DNA from: Candidatus Roizmanbacteria bacterium RIFCSPHIGHO2_12_FULL_37_23
GTDB taxonomy: Bacteria; Patescibacteriota; Microgenomatia; UBA1406; HO2-37-13b
Assembly (NCBI GenBank): GCA_001788095.1
Contig: MFZX01000009.1
Span: forward strand, 185-64,184
Direction of reading: 5' to 3'
Length of the DNA stretch: 64,000 nucleotides
How positions within the stretch are numbered: the stretch's first letter is position 1; each line of letters begins with the position of its first letter. The position numbers were made by a program, and so were the translations under genes. Of the stretch, positions 9,193-18,355 are shown in pieces. Below the pieces are notes generated by a model that was given only the letters and a program-made list of their open reading frames with translations, was not told the origin of the DNA and searched no databases.

Positions 9193-9745
9193 TATGGTAG
9201 CCAAGTTTATCGAGGACCTTGCCTGCCGTTTCCATAGGGCCCGAAGCATAGGTGTCAATGACAAGATCATAATACGCAGGACTCCAAAAATCGAAATCGC
9301 CGTATAGATTTTTCCATTTTTTAATATTCTCCTCTTCTCTCTGTTTGATGTATTGTTTTGCCGTTATTACATCAATATTTTCTCTATTAACAACACGATC
9401 TATTCGTACAGCGTCGTTCGTACACATGAGAAGAACTTTAAGGACGTGAACCATATCTCGCGCAATAAACCCACTGAGCCACGCCTCATATATGATATAC
9501 TTTTCATTTTGTAGAGTTTGAACTGCCATGTTTTCCATCTCTCTTTCATGTTCGTCCGTTCTCGAAAGTGCGCCATGAAGATGCTCATTAATATTATTTT
9601 GTCGATCAAATTCACGTTGAAGTTGTCCAGCGTTAATATATTTCCACTGTAAGGTTTCTCTTAATGAAGCTGAAAGAGTTGTTGATCCTACTCCAATCTT
9701 TCCTGAAATCGTTATATTTTCATATTTAAGTTTTTTGTCTTTCAT
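9176..9745 (-). CDS. Cytidylate kinase-like protein, paralog with degenerate P-loop
   Basis: ITISGKIGVGSTT, YINAGQLQRE, RIDRVVNRE, YDLVIDT. Confidence 0.8.
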   Translation of the reverse strand: MKDKKLKYENITISGKIGVGSTTLSASLRETLQWKYINAGQLQREFDRQNNINEHLHGALSRTDEHEREMENMAVQTLQNEKYIIYEAWLSGFIARDMVHVLKVLLMCTNDAVRIDRVVNRENIDVITAKQYIKQREEENIKKWKNLYGDFDFWSPAYYDLVIDTYASGPMETAGKVLDKLGYHNGRKT

Positions 9746-9747
9746 AC

Positions 9748-10821
9748 TTATAGGAGTTTAACAATATCATTAATAGTAACAAGGATAATAAGACCTATTA
9801 AAATTGCAAATCCAGCAAAATTGAGGCGCCTCTCAATAGTGGGATTAACTTTTCTACGTGAGACCCATTCGTAAATCACAAGCATAAGTCTTCCTCCATC
9901 AAGAGCAGGGAAAGGAAGAATGTTTATTATAGCGAGATTAAGCGAAAGTAATCCAACAAGTTGTAGAAGTGAATCATAACCTTGACGGGCTGCTTCGGCA
10001 GTCAACTTTGCAATACCTACAGGTCCTGCAATTTCTGCGTCAGGTTTTTGTAGAATAATAAGTTGAAAAAGAGTTTTAGATAACTCTTTAGATATGAGAA
10101 TCGTCATCCGTGCCGATTCTATAAGACCAAAAATCGGAGCCTTTACAATAGAGTATTTTCGAATTTCATAGTTTGAGATGAGAACACCGAGTGATCCTTC
10201 ACCTTTTGGGGGATTTTCGCGAGGTGTAATAAGAACATTCTGTGTTTCTTTATTTCTTTCTATCACAAGAGTAATTTCTTCTCCTGCAAATTTACGAGTT
10301 GTGAGTGATACATCACTAGGTTCATCAATAATTATTTCGTCATTTCCCTTTATTATTTTTCTGATACTATCTCCCTTTTGCAAACCAACGATGTACGCAG
10401 GAGAATCCTTCGTGACTTTATCAATGAGAATATTTTTTGTAGGTACTCGTACTCCTTGAATAAAGAGGAATGAAACTATTACCCAACCAAGAAGAAAGTT
10501 ACACAAAACTCCTGCCGTCAATATTAAACATTTTTGCAAAGGTTTTTTATGAGAAAAAGAACGATTAAGAAGTGTTGGTGAAATCTTTTTTCCTTCAAGT
10601 TCCGCGGCTTCTTCGCCAAATACTTTTACAAAACCACCAAGCGGTAGAAGATTAATGCTGTAAAGCGTTTCACCTATTTTGATACCGAAGATTCTTGGAG
10701 GGAGACCAAAGCCAAATTCTTCAACCTTAACATTGTTCAGCTTAGCTGCAATAAAATGACCAAGCTCGTGTATGATAACGAGCAGGACGAGAACTGGGAA
10801 AATAATAAAATTGAATAGCAT
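9748..10821 (-). CDS. rseP: RIP metalloprotease RseP (M50, PDZ)
   Basis: HELGH, PLGGFV, PDZ, NILPFPALDGG. Confidence 0.95.
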   Translation of the reverse strand: MLFNFIIFPVLVLLVIIHELGHFIAAKLNNVKVEEFGFGLPPRIFGIKIGETLYSINLLPLGGFVKVFGEEAAELEGKKISPTLLNRSFSHKKPLQKCLILTAGVLCNFLLGWVIVSFLFIQGVRVPTKNILIDKVTKDSPAYIVGLQKGDSIRKIIKGNDEIIIDEPSDVSLTTRKFAGEEITLVIERNKETQNVLITPRENPPKGEGSLGVLISNYEIRKYSIVKAPIFGLIESARMTILISKELSKTLFQLIILQKPDAEIAGPVGIAKLTAEAARQGYDSLLQLVGLLSLNLAIINILPFPALDGGRLMLVIYEWVSRRKVNPTIERRLNFAGFAILIGLIILVTINDIVKLL

Positions 10822-10850
10822 AGTATTTCATTAATCTTAACACGTATCAA

Positions 10851-11417
10851 TTAAACCGTCATAATTTCTTCATACTTTCTTTTTTTTAGATCTTCAAGTT
10901 TGTCAGTATAATCTTTCGCAATTTTATCTATTTGCTTTTCTGATCTGAATTTGTCATCTTCTGAAATGCTTTTATCATCCAAGAGAGACCTGATTTTTTT
11001 ACGTATTTCATCACGCGCTATTCGTAGCTGAATTTTTCCCTCCTCTATTTTTTCATTTGAAAGTTTTACATATTTTATTCTCTGTTCTTCGGTGAGAGGT
11101 GGAGTAGTAATCCGAACAATTTTTCCATCAACACTTGGACTTAAGCTAAGTGGAGACAAGCGAATAGCTTTCTCAATATCTTGAATAATGCTTGGATCGA
11201 AAGGTTCGATTAATATCATCGAGGGTCCTTCAATAGCAATGCTTGCTAATTCCCTAAGTTTTAATGAAGCTTGACCATTATAAGCAGATACTTCGATATC
11301 TTCTACTAAAGTTGCATTCGCCTTTCCTGTACGAATATGTCGAAGCTCTTCAATAGTATATGTGATAATTTCCTGAGATCTTTTGGTGAATTGGTTATAA
11401 ATCGTGTCTAAATTCAT
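10851..11417 (-). CDS. frr: Ribosome recycling factor
   Basis: IRTGKAN, PPLTEEQR, R..RDE motifs. Confidence 0.95.
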   Translation of the reverse strand: MNLDTIYNQFTKRSQEIITYTIEELRHIRTGKANATLVEDIEVSAYNGQASLKLRELASIAIEGPSMILIEPFDPSIIQDIEKAIRLSPLSLSPSVDGKIVRITTPPLTEEQRIKYVKLSNEKIEEGKIQLRIARDEIRKKIRSLLDDKSISEDDKFRSEKQIDKIAKDYTDKLEDLKKRKYEEIMTV

Positions 11418-11435
11418 GCTATTCTAATAATAACC

Positions 11436-11885
11436 TTACAGTTCAAATCTTTCAAATCGTCCTATACTAACGTTTTCACCTAATTTTAGGATGGCATCCC
11501 TTAGAATATCTTGAATAGTAGAAGTAGGATCCTTAATGAATGGGGCTTTCATAAGTTCTTTTGCATCCTTCGGAGCGGTTGATGCAATATGCATAACAAT
11601 ATTGTTTCCGAGTTTTAGAAAGTCTTCGTTTATTGCTACAAAATCAGTTTCACAAAGGAGTTCAAGCATTGACCCCATTTTTTTATTGTGATGAATGTAG
11701 GAAAAAATTGCACCCTGTGAAGTTTCACGTGCGGATTTTTTTGCTGCAAATTCTGCCCCTTTTTGTCGAAGAATTTCTCGTGCTTTTATTACATCTCCTT
11801 TTGCTTCTTCCAAAGCTTCTTTGCATAAACTATACGAAACGTTTGTTTCTTCTCTTAGTTGTTTGAGTTTTTTTATATCGTTCAT
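11436..11885 (-). CDS. tsf: Elongation factor Ts (short form)
   Basis: LREET..S...CKEAL, ELLCETDFVA, GEN..I.RF. Confidence 0.95.
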   Translation of the reverse strand: MNDIKKLKQLREETNVSYSLCKEALEEAKGDVIKAREILRQKGAEFAAKKSARETSQGAIFSYIHHNKKMGSMLELLCETDFVAINEDFLKLGNNIVMHIASTAPKDAKELMKAPFIKDPTSTIQDILRDAILKLGENVSIGRFERFEL

Positions 11886-12610
11886 GTTTTTTTAATTTTT
11901 TTCTCTTCTTTACTATCAGCTTTTTCTTTATTTTTTCGTCCTTCATCATAAGCCTTGATAAGCTCTTCAGTAATATATTTTATACTAACGACCGCATCAT
12001 CATTTGCAGGGATTGGATAACTAACAAGATCGGGATCGACATTTGTATCTACTACGGCGATTGTAGGAATATTCATTATTTGAGCTTCAATAACTGCATT
12101 TTGCTCCTTGCGAATATCGAGTATACACAGAACATCGGGAAGTTTATCGAGCTGAGCAACTCCATCGTAAATACTTGCAATCCGGTTTATTTTTTTTTCA
12201 AGGGCAATTCTTTCATGCTTCGGCAACTTTGCCCAAGCCCCGGATTTTTGCTCTTCTCTCATAGTATTCATTCGTTCAATATTTTTCTTAATTTCAGTAA
12301 AGTTTGTAAGAAATCCTCCAACCCATTTATTAGTAATATAGAAAATATTATTTTCTTTGCATATTGTTGAAACTGGCTCTCGAGCAACTTTTTTTGTAGC
12401 TACATAGAGTAGTGTTTTGCCTTCCGAACCAAATTTTTTAAGTATCTTTATTGCTTGATCAAGATATTCGGCTGTTTTGAAAAGATCGATTATCGAAACA
12501 CCTTTTTCTACAGAGTGAATGAATTTTTTGGATTTTGGATGGACTTTTTGCTTTTTATGACCAAGATGAAGACCATACTGTAAAAGCTTCTGAGGATCGA
12601 TTGCTGTCAT
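11882..12610 (-). CDS. rpsB: 30S ribosomal protein uS2
   Basis: GLHLGH, WVGGFLTNF, VDTNVDP, IPANDDA. Confidence 0.97.
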   Translation of the reverse strand: MTAIDPQKLLQYGLHLGHKKQKVHPKSKKFIHSVEKGVSIIDLFKTAEYLDQAIKILKKFGSEGKTLLYVATKKVAREPVSTICKENNIFYITNKWVGGFLTNFTEIKKNIERMNTMREEQKSGAWAKLPKHERIALEKKINRIASIYDGVAQLDKLPDVLCILDIRKEQNAVIEAQIMNIPTIAVVDTNVDPDLVSYPIPANDDAVVSIKYITEELIKAYDEGRKNKEKADSKEEKKIKKT

Positions 12611-12705
12611 ACTGTATCTCCTTAATAATTAAATGCTATTTTCAGAACCGAAATAAGCCCCACTATGAAGCTCATTCAACAGGAGATAAAGAAAATAGCT
12701 GTGCT
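12611..12705 (-). promoter_or_regulatory. Structured rpsB 5' leader (candidate S2 autoregulatory element)
   Basis: 9-bp helix 12635-43/12691-99 and 8-bp helix 12615-22/12681-88 that covers the SD; the two helices cross. Confidence 0.65.
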
Positions 12706-12755
12706 TCGTAAAAATGTATTACTTATTGTATCAGGTAAGTATGTTTTGCGCAAGA

Positions 12756-13637
12756 CTAAATGTCAAGATTCTTGAGGAATTTTCTAAACTCGCCATTGAT
12801 TTCTTTATGAGTTAAAGCAAACTCGACAATTGTTTTCATATATTCAAGCTTATTTCCTGTATCGTAATATTTTCCATCTTGTATTTCACAAGCATAGATT
12901 GGTATACCTTGGTTCTTAAGCACATTAATAGCATCTGGAAGCCATATCTCGCCGCCTTTACCAGGCTCAAGATTTTTAAGAGCCTGGAAGATTTCCGGAG
13001 GAAGAATATATGCTCCATGAGTTGCAAGGTTTGAGGGAGCTTCGTCTGGTTTAGGTTTTTCGACGATGCGGTTTATTTTGAAAACATTATCTTCAACAGG
13101 CTCATATTCTGCGATTCCATATCGACTCAAGTAATCTTTTTCTTCAATACGAACTCCTGAAATCATGACCCCTCCAAATTTTTGCCATGCTGTAATCATT
13201 TGTTTAAGACGAGGAGGTTGAGCATATATAAATTCATCACCCCACATAACAGCAAAAGATTCATTACCGATAATCGGTTCAGATGAGAGCACCGGTGTCC
13301 CATTACCATAGGGACCCTTTTGGCGAATATAGATAAAATTCGCCATCTCTGCTATTTTATTTACCTCCTGAATATAATTTTCCTTATTACCTTGTTTAAG
13401 ATTTCGAAGAAGATCTTCTGTTGGAGTATCAAAATGGTCTTCGATTGGTCTCTTACTTGATCCTGTGACAATAACAATATCTTTTACACCTGAGCTGACT
13501 GCTTCTTCAACGACATACTGAATGACCGGCTTATCAACAATTGGCAACATCTCTTTGGGCATTGCTTTGGTTTGGGGCAAAAAACGAGTACCAAATCCAG
13601 CTGCAGGAATGACGACTTTCGTTATAGTTTTTTTCAT
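12756..13637 (-). CDS. galU: UTP--glucose-1-phosphate uridylyltransferase
   Basis: PAAGFGTRFLPQTKAMPKEMLPIVDKP, VEKP, GEIWL, YDTG. Confidence 0.95.
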   Translation of the reverse strand: MKKTITKVVIPAAGFGTRFLPQTKAMPKEMLPIVDKPVIQYVVEEAVSSGVKDIVIVTGSSKRPIEDHFDTPTEDLLRNLKQGNKENYIQEVNKIAEMANFIYIRQKGPYGNGTPVLSSEPIIGNESFAVMWGDEFIYAQPPRLKQMITAWQKFGGVMISGVRIEEKDYLSRYGIAEYEPVEDNVFKINRIVEKPKPDEAPSNLATHGAYILPPEIFQALKNLEPGKGGEIWLPDAINVLKNQGIPIYACEIQDGKYYDTGNKLEYMKTIVEFALTHKEINGEFRKFLKNLDI

Positions 13638-13649
13638 GGAATAGATGTT

Positions 13650-14057
13650 TTATTGAGCAAACTGAACAGATATCGGAGTTGGGATATCCATTGAGTTGTT
13701 AACTCGGCCTCGAATCTCAGCAAGCCCTTGAACGTCTGAAGTGATTACGTGATCTGAGATTCCTGATTCGTTCGTTTGAGCACATTCCGGTTCTATTGTG
13801 CCTAGCGATGTTGTTAAACAAACCTGTGCTCCTGGTATTGTTGTTTCATCACATGAACGAACGACAGCATTTAGTGTTGCTCGAACTCCTACTGGTAGCT
13901 CATTTGGAAATGCTAGAAGAAACGATGTACTTTGGCAAGGTGTGGTAGCGTTTTCTGCCTGGATCTGTCTCAGAGATGTTCTATAAAAAACGTACGAAGT
14001 GAATGAGCCTAAAACAAGAAAAAAAACGAGCACTAATAGTAATAGTTTTCTATCCAT
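13650..14057 (-). CDS. Membrane-anchored protein with probable Ig-like (Big_1/invasin-type) domain
   Basis: N-terminal TM helix, then beta-rich G..V.L.T.LG...T..SG...TS...G.A.I pattern. Confidence 0.6.
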   Translation of the reverse strand: MDRKLLLLVLVFFLVLGSFTSYVFYRTSLRQIQAENATTPCQSTSFLLAFPNELPVGVRATLNAVVRSCDETTIPGAQVCLTTSLGTIEPECAQTNESGISDHVITSDVQGLAEIRGRVNNSMDIPTPISVQFAQ

Positions 14058-14093
14058 AGCCTAGCTTTTAGCATAGCATATTATTGAGAAAAG

Positions 14094-14876
14094 TCAAATA
14101 GTTGAGTCTTGTTGTTGAATATAAATAGCTTTTATATCAGCCCAATATTGTTGATCATCAAGTTTCTTCATAATTTCCAGACAAGAGTCTAAAGATATTA
14201 TGGGAATGAATTGGGAAATTTTACGCAAAGAATCCTCAATAATACGTATTGGGTCCTGAGAACTATCTATTGTTCCAAAAGCCCTTTGTTCGTTAAAACG
14301 TTTTGCGAGTTCTGGAAGCTGAAGATGATATCTTTGACGCTGTAATTGAGTACTAATATCAGATTGGTCAAATGGGATAATATCTCGATCATGAGTTTGT
14401 TTAAAATTTGTATATTGTTTTCTAAAGTGATGAATCTCTGTAAATCTTTCTTCTGGAATGAACAAAATAAGAGTTAAGTCCGGATAAAAGCCATTAACAT
14501 ATTTATTTTCAAACTCTTTTATTTTTTCAAGCTGTACTCCCCCCTCAAAACCTTGGTATACTCGAGTCGAATCAAGGTATCGGTCAACAAGAAGGATGGT
14601 ATTTTTTTCTTTACTATCTCCAAGATATGGTCTAATTACGTCATTAATATGCATTTTCCGAGCTTTATTAAAGAGAACAACTTGTTCTTCTGCAGAAATA
14701 CCTTGTCGTAATTGTTGAAATATAAAAGAACGGAATTCTTCTGCTTGAGGACTGCCACCTGGTTCTCTGCTTGTTTTAACTTGATGTCCTGCATCCTGGA
14801 GTATTTTTGCGAGTGATGGTAAAAGTGATGTTTTTCCTGTGTATTCTCCACCCTCGAGAGTAATCAAATAACCCAT
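14094..14876 (-). CDS. tmk: Thymidylate kinase
   Basis: EGGEYTGKTS, SREPGG, DRYLDSTRVYQG, PDLTLIL. Confidence 0.9.
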   Translation of the reverse strand: MGYLITLEGGEYTGKTSLLPSLAKILQDAGHQVKTSREPGGSPQAEEFRSFIFQQLRQGISAEEQVVLFNKARKMHINDVIRPYLGDSKEKNTILLVDRYLDSTRVYQGFEGGVQLEKIKEFENKYVNGFYPDLTLILFIPEERFTEIHHFRKQYTNFKQTHDRDIIPFDQSDISTQLQRQRYHLQLPELAKRFNEQRAFGTIDSSQDPIRIIEDSLRKISQFIPIISLDSCLEIMKKLDDQQYWADIKAIYIQQQDSTI

Positions 14877-14892
14877 AGATCAATAGGCTTTA

Positions 14893-17130
14893 CTAAAATG
14901 TAATTGCTTGATTGTGTGTAACTTGTCCTTCTAATACAAGTTTTGCAACTTTATCCTCAACTTCGTCTCTAATTATTCGCTGCATATTTCGAGCTCCGAA
15001 TCGTGGATCGTATCCTTGTTGAATAAGTTTTTCAATAAATTCTTGTGAAAATTGGAGCGTGATATGATGTTTAGATTGAATATCATTCTTCATCGATTCA
15101 AGAATTTTTTGAGCAATCAGAGTAACAGTACCACTTGATAAAGGCTTATATACTACCACACCATCAAATCTATTTAAAAATTCTGGAGCGAAAATATGCG
15201 CAGCGACAAGATGATCGATGAGCTGCGTAGAAAGAGTTTGTAGGGCTTCACCGCCTTCTTGAGTTTTTTGATAAATAAAATCCGCACCCGCATTAGATGT
15301 TGCTATAACAATAAGATTTGTGCAATCAACGCGTTTTCCAAATCCGTCTGTATAATAACCTTCATCTAAAATTGTAAGAAATATATTAATCAGATCGTGG
15401 TCGGCCTTTTCGAGTTCATCAAGAAGAAGTGTGCCATATTGTTGCTCTCTGACAGATTGTGTTAATAATCCAGGTTCATTCGTTTCCGATGAGCCGATAA
15501 GTTTTGATATATCATGTTTGGATTGATAGAGAGACATGTCAAAACGAATCATGTTTTTAATATCATTGAAAAAGACCTCAGTAATTGCTTTCGCCGTTTC
15601 AGTTTTACCAACTCCGGTTGGTCCTAAAAGAAGAAATGACGCAAGAGGTTTTTTCCGCGAACCAGCTAAAACTACTGATTTTCTCAATGCCGCAGCGAGT
15701 TTTTGAAGTGCTTCATCTTGTGCTATAACGCGATTTCTAAGAGATACCTCTAAGTTTAGGAGTTTTTGCTTTATGTCTTCTGTTATCTCGGTTGGAACAT
15801 GTGTTTTCTGTTGAATGAGCGTATTAATTACATGTGGAGTCACAGCAGTACTTTTCAGATGTGATTGTGTGTACACACTAGCCTCATCTAGAAGTTCTAT
15901 TGCGTTTTCAGGTAATGGAGCGCTTGTCATAAATCGTTGTGCCATATCAACTGCCTGTTTGAGCGCAGCGAAGGTAATGGCGACTTGGTTTCTTTTTTCA
16001 AACTCTACCGCAACATCTCTTAGGATCTTGATAGCCTGTTCTGGTGTTACTTCGACTACATCGATTTTATCGAAAAGTTGAGCAATCATCTGATTTTGAT
16101 ATATATATTTTTGATAAAAATAAGGTGTGGTTGTTGCAATAAATTGCAAGGTAGGAAGTTGAGCATATTTTGTAATAACATTGGTAAGATTAATTTTGTC
16201 TTCTTCATCAGAAACATATTCATGCAGATTTGGAATCATGACGATAATATTTTTTGCATCAGCAGCTTCTTTAAATATATTCCCAAGGATTTCTTCTCTT
16301 TGAACAAAATCTGTTGAACCAGCAAGAATTTTTTCCATATCTATCTGCATAACACGCTTATATGCGAGCAAAGGGTTGCATTTCCCACCATATATTGCTG
16401 AGGATAGCGCTTCTACAATTGTTTGACGTCCAATTCCTTCCTCTCCTACGAGTAAAGCATTTGATTCGCCAGTTTTTGCTAATACTTGTTGTACTCGATC
16501 AAGCTCTTCTTTTCGACCGATAAGATGTTTATAGTGTGGTTGCGCAGTGGTAAGCTCAGTTGCATATTGGTCAAGCGTCGGAGTAAAGCCACTTGCAAGA
16601 TTTCTTCCAAGTGGAGGATTAGACATGAGACGATCAAGAGACCACCACGGGTTTTTATGGAGGTCCCTAAAATAGATTTGGAACCACTCGTCTACTTCTT
16701 GGCGACTTGATTCATCAGTAAGATGGCGTTTCATAAAATCGTTATATGCTCGTTGTTTTTCTTGATCGGGGCTTGGTTGAGCTTTGTAAAATAAATAAGC
16801 AAGAGGTAGGAAAATAATTACCATAAGATATCCTATTGGAAGGAGCAATACATAACAAATCTGTACAACGACATATGCGAACAGAATCGTTGACCGAATC
16901 CATAAGCCCATAAAGCGGGAAACTATATTGTTTGTAATCCTTTCTGTGAATTCATTCATTGAAAAACCAGCCCTTGTTTTTTTTATGACAATATTTTTCC
17001 AAGGAGCAAACAACGACTTCAGTAAGCGTTCTACTGAGAAAAAATAAGGCAGGAAGATGAACAGATTGATAATTGCAGTATGAGTATTGTGCAATTTTTT
17101 GTTAGCATATGTGACTAAGTTGTCATGCAT
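14893..17130 (-). CDS. Clp/Hsp100-family ATPase with N-terminal transmembrane region
   Basis: Two AAA+ modules; D2 has GPTGVGKTE, DMSLYQ, LLLDELEKA, PEFLNRFD, GARNMQR; start set at 17130 (TATACT 6 nt upstream). Confidence 0.9.
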   Translation of the reverse strand: MHDNLVTYANKKLHNTHTAIINLFIFLPYFFSVERLLKSLFAPWKNIVIKKTRAGFSMNEFTERITNNIVSRFMGLWIRSTILFAYVVVQICYVLLLPIGYLMVIIFLPLAYLFYKAQPSPDQEKQRAYNDFMKRHLTDESSRQEVDEWFQIYFRDLHKNPWWSLDRLMSNPPLGRNLASGFTPTLDQYATELTTAQPHYKHLIGRKEELDRVQQVLAKTGESNALLVGEEGIGRQTIVEALSSAIYGGKCNPLLAYKRVMQIDMEKILAGSTDFVQREEILGNIFKEAADAKNIIVMIPNLHEYVSDEEDKINLTNVITKYAQLPTLQFIATTTPYFYQKYIYQNQMIAQLFDKIDVVEVTPEQAIKILRDVAVEFEKRNQVAITFAALKQAVDMAQRFMTSAPLPENAIELLDEASVYTQSHLKSTAVTPHVINTLIQQKTHVPTEITEDIKQKLLNLEVSLRNRVIAQDEALQKLAAALRKSVVLAGSRKKPLASFLLLGPTGVGKTETAKAITEVFFNDIKNMIRFDMSLYQSKHDISKLIGSSETNEPGLLTQSVREQQYGTLLLDELEKADHDLINIFLTILDEGYYTDGFGKRVDCTNLIVIATSNAGADFIYQKTQEGGEALQTLSTQLIDHLVAAHIFAPEFLNRFDGVVVYKPLSSGTVTLIAQKILESMKNDIQSKHHITLQFSQEFIEKLIQQGYDPRFGARNMQRIIRDEVEDKVAKLVLEGQVTHNQAITF

Positions 17131-17171
17131 AATTCCAGTATACAATATTATGATATAATGTCGGCTTATAT

Positions 17172-17828
17172 ATGTTTAAGATCAATAAATTTGATCTGCT
17201 TGTCTCCATTTATATCTTCTGTATAGCAGTTGCTGAATTTATGGGAGCAAAGACCTTTCCTCTTATTGCGATTGGTGATTTTAGACTCAATGCAAGTGTT
17301 GCAATCTTTGTAATTCCTATTTTATTCACCATAAATGACATCATAATCGAAGTACACGGTAAAGAACGAGCACGCAGTGTTGTAAGATCTGGATTGTTGG
17401 TTATATTTCTTATATTTCTATTTACCATACTAGCAACGGTCCTTCCACCATCGTCACGGTTTATTGAGACAGAAGCAGCGTATGATGAGGTTTTTCATCG
17501 ATCAATAAGAATTTCAGCTGCGAGCTTAATTGCATTTGCTTTTGCAGAATTTCTTGATATTTATATTTTTGCTAAAATCAGAGAATCTTTGGGTAAGAGT
17601 AAACTCTGGTTGCGCAATAATGTGTCGAACATTTCTGCTCAATTTATTGACACAGTAATATTTATGTCACTCGCCTTCTATGGATTCGATAAGACTCCCC
17701 TTTCTAATGTGACGTTTCTTGTAAGTCTGATATTACCTTATTGGCTACTTAAATCATCAATGTCTATAATAGAAACACCCTTTGTATATATAGGTGTTAA
17801 GTGGTTACGTAAGGACAAATTACCATGA
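17172..17828 (+). CDS. Queuosine-precursor transporter family (YhhQ/Vut_1)
   Basis: P..F...D...EV.G...AR, RISAASLIAF, LWLRNNVSNISAQFIDTVIF, ETP motifs. Confidence 0.9.
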   Translation: MFKINKFDLLVSIYIFCIAVAEFMGAKTFPLIAIGDFRLNASVAIFVIPILFTINDIIIEVHGKERARSVVRSGLLVIFLIFLFTILATVLPPSSRFIETEAAYDEVFHRSIRISAASLIAFAFAEFLDIYIFAKIRESLGKSKLWLRNNVSNISAQFIDTVIFMSLAFYGFDKTPLSNVTFLVSLILPYWLLKSSMSIIETPFVYIGVKWLRKDKLP

Positions 17829-18355
17829 AAGTAATCGCTCTTATTGTTCAAAGCATTAACGGAAGAATCACTAAGGGATCTGACGAAAAGGTATATCAAT
17901 GGACTTCTGGTGAAGATAAGGAGCATTTAAAAAAGATGACCTCTAAAGCTTCACTTATTGTAATGGGTAGTACTACCTATGAAGCATTTAAGAAATATAT
18001 TCAACTCTCTCCTAATACCTTAAGGATGGTAATGACATCTCAACCAGAGAAATATAAGGATGATATTGTCATTGGACAACTAGAATTTGTTAATAAAAGC
18101 CCTAAGGAACTTGTTGAAAAATATGAGAAAAAAGGTTATAAAGAGTTATTACTCCTAGGCGGTTCTAAAATCTATTCAAGTTTTCTTGAAGCAGGATTAC
18201 TTAACGAGCTTCTCATAACAATTGAACCAGTACTTTTTGGAACCGGAACTCCTTTTATTGAGTCACATAAACACGTATCCTTGAAGCTTGTTTCAATAGA
18301 AAAACTCAACGATAAAGGAACATTACTTCTAAAATATAGCGTCTATCCTTCGTAG
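17825..18355 (+). CDS. Dihydrofolate reductase / RibD_C-family protein
   Basis: S.NG.I, W...ED...K, MGSTTYE, LLGG, L.ITIEP..FG.G. Confidence 0.85.
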   Translation: MKVIALIVQSINGRITKGSDEKVYQWTSGEDKEHLKKMTSKASLIVMGSTTYEAFKKYIQLSPNTLRMVMTSQPEKYKDDIVIGQLEFVNKSPKELVEKYEKKGYKELLLLGGSKIYSSFLEAGLLNELLITIEPVLFGTGTPFIESHKHVSLKLVSIEKLNDKGTLLLKYSVYPS

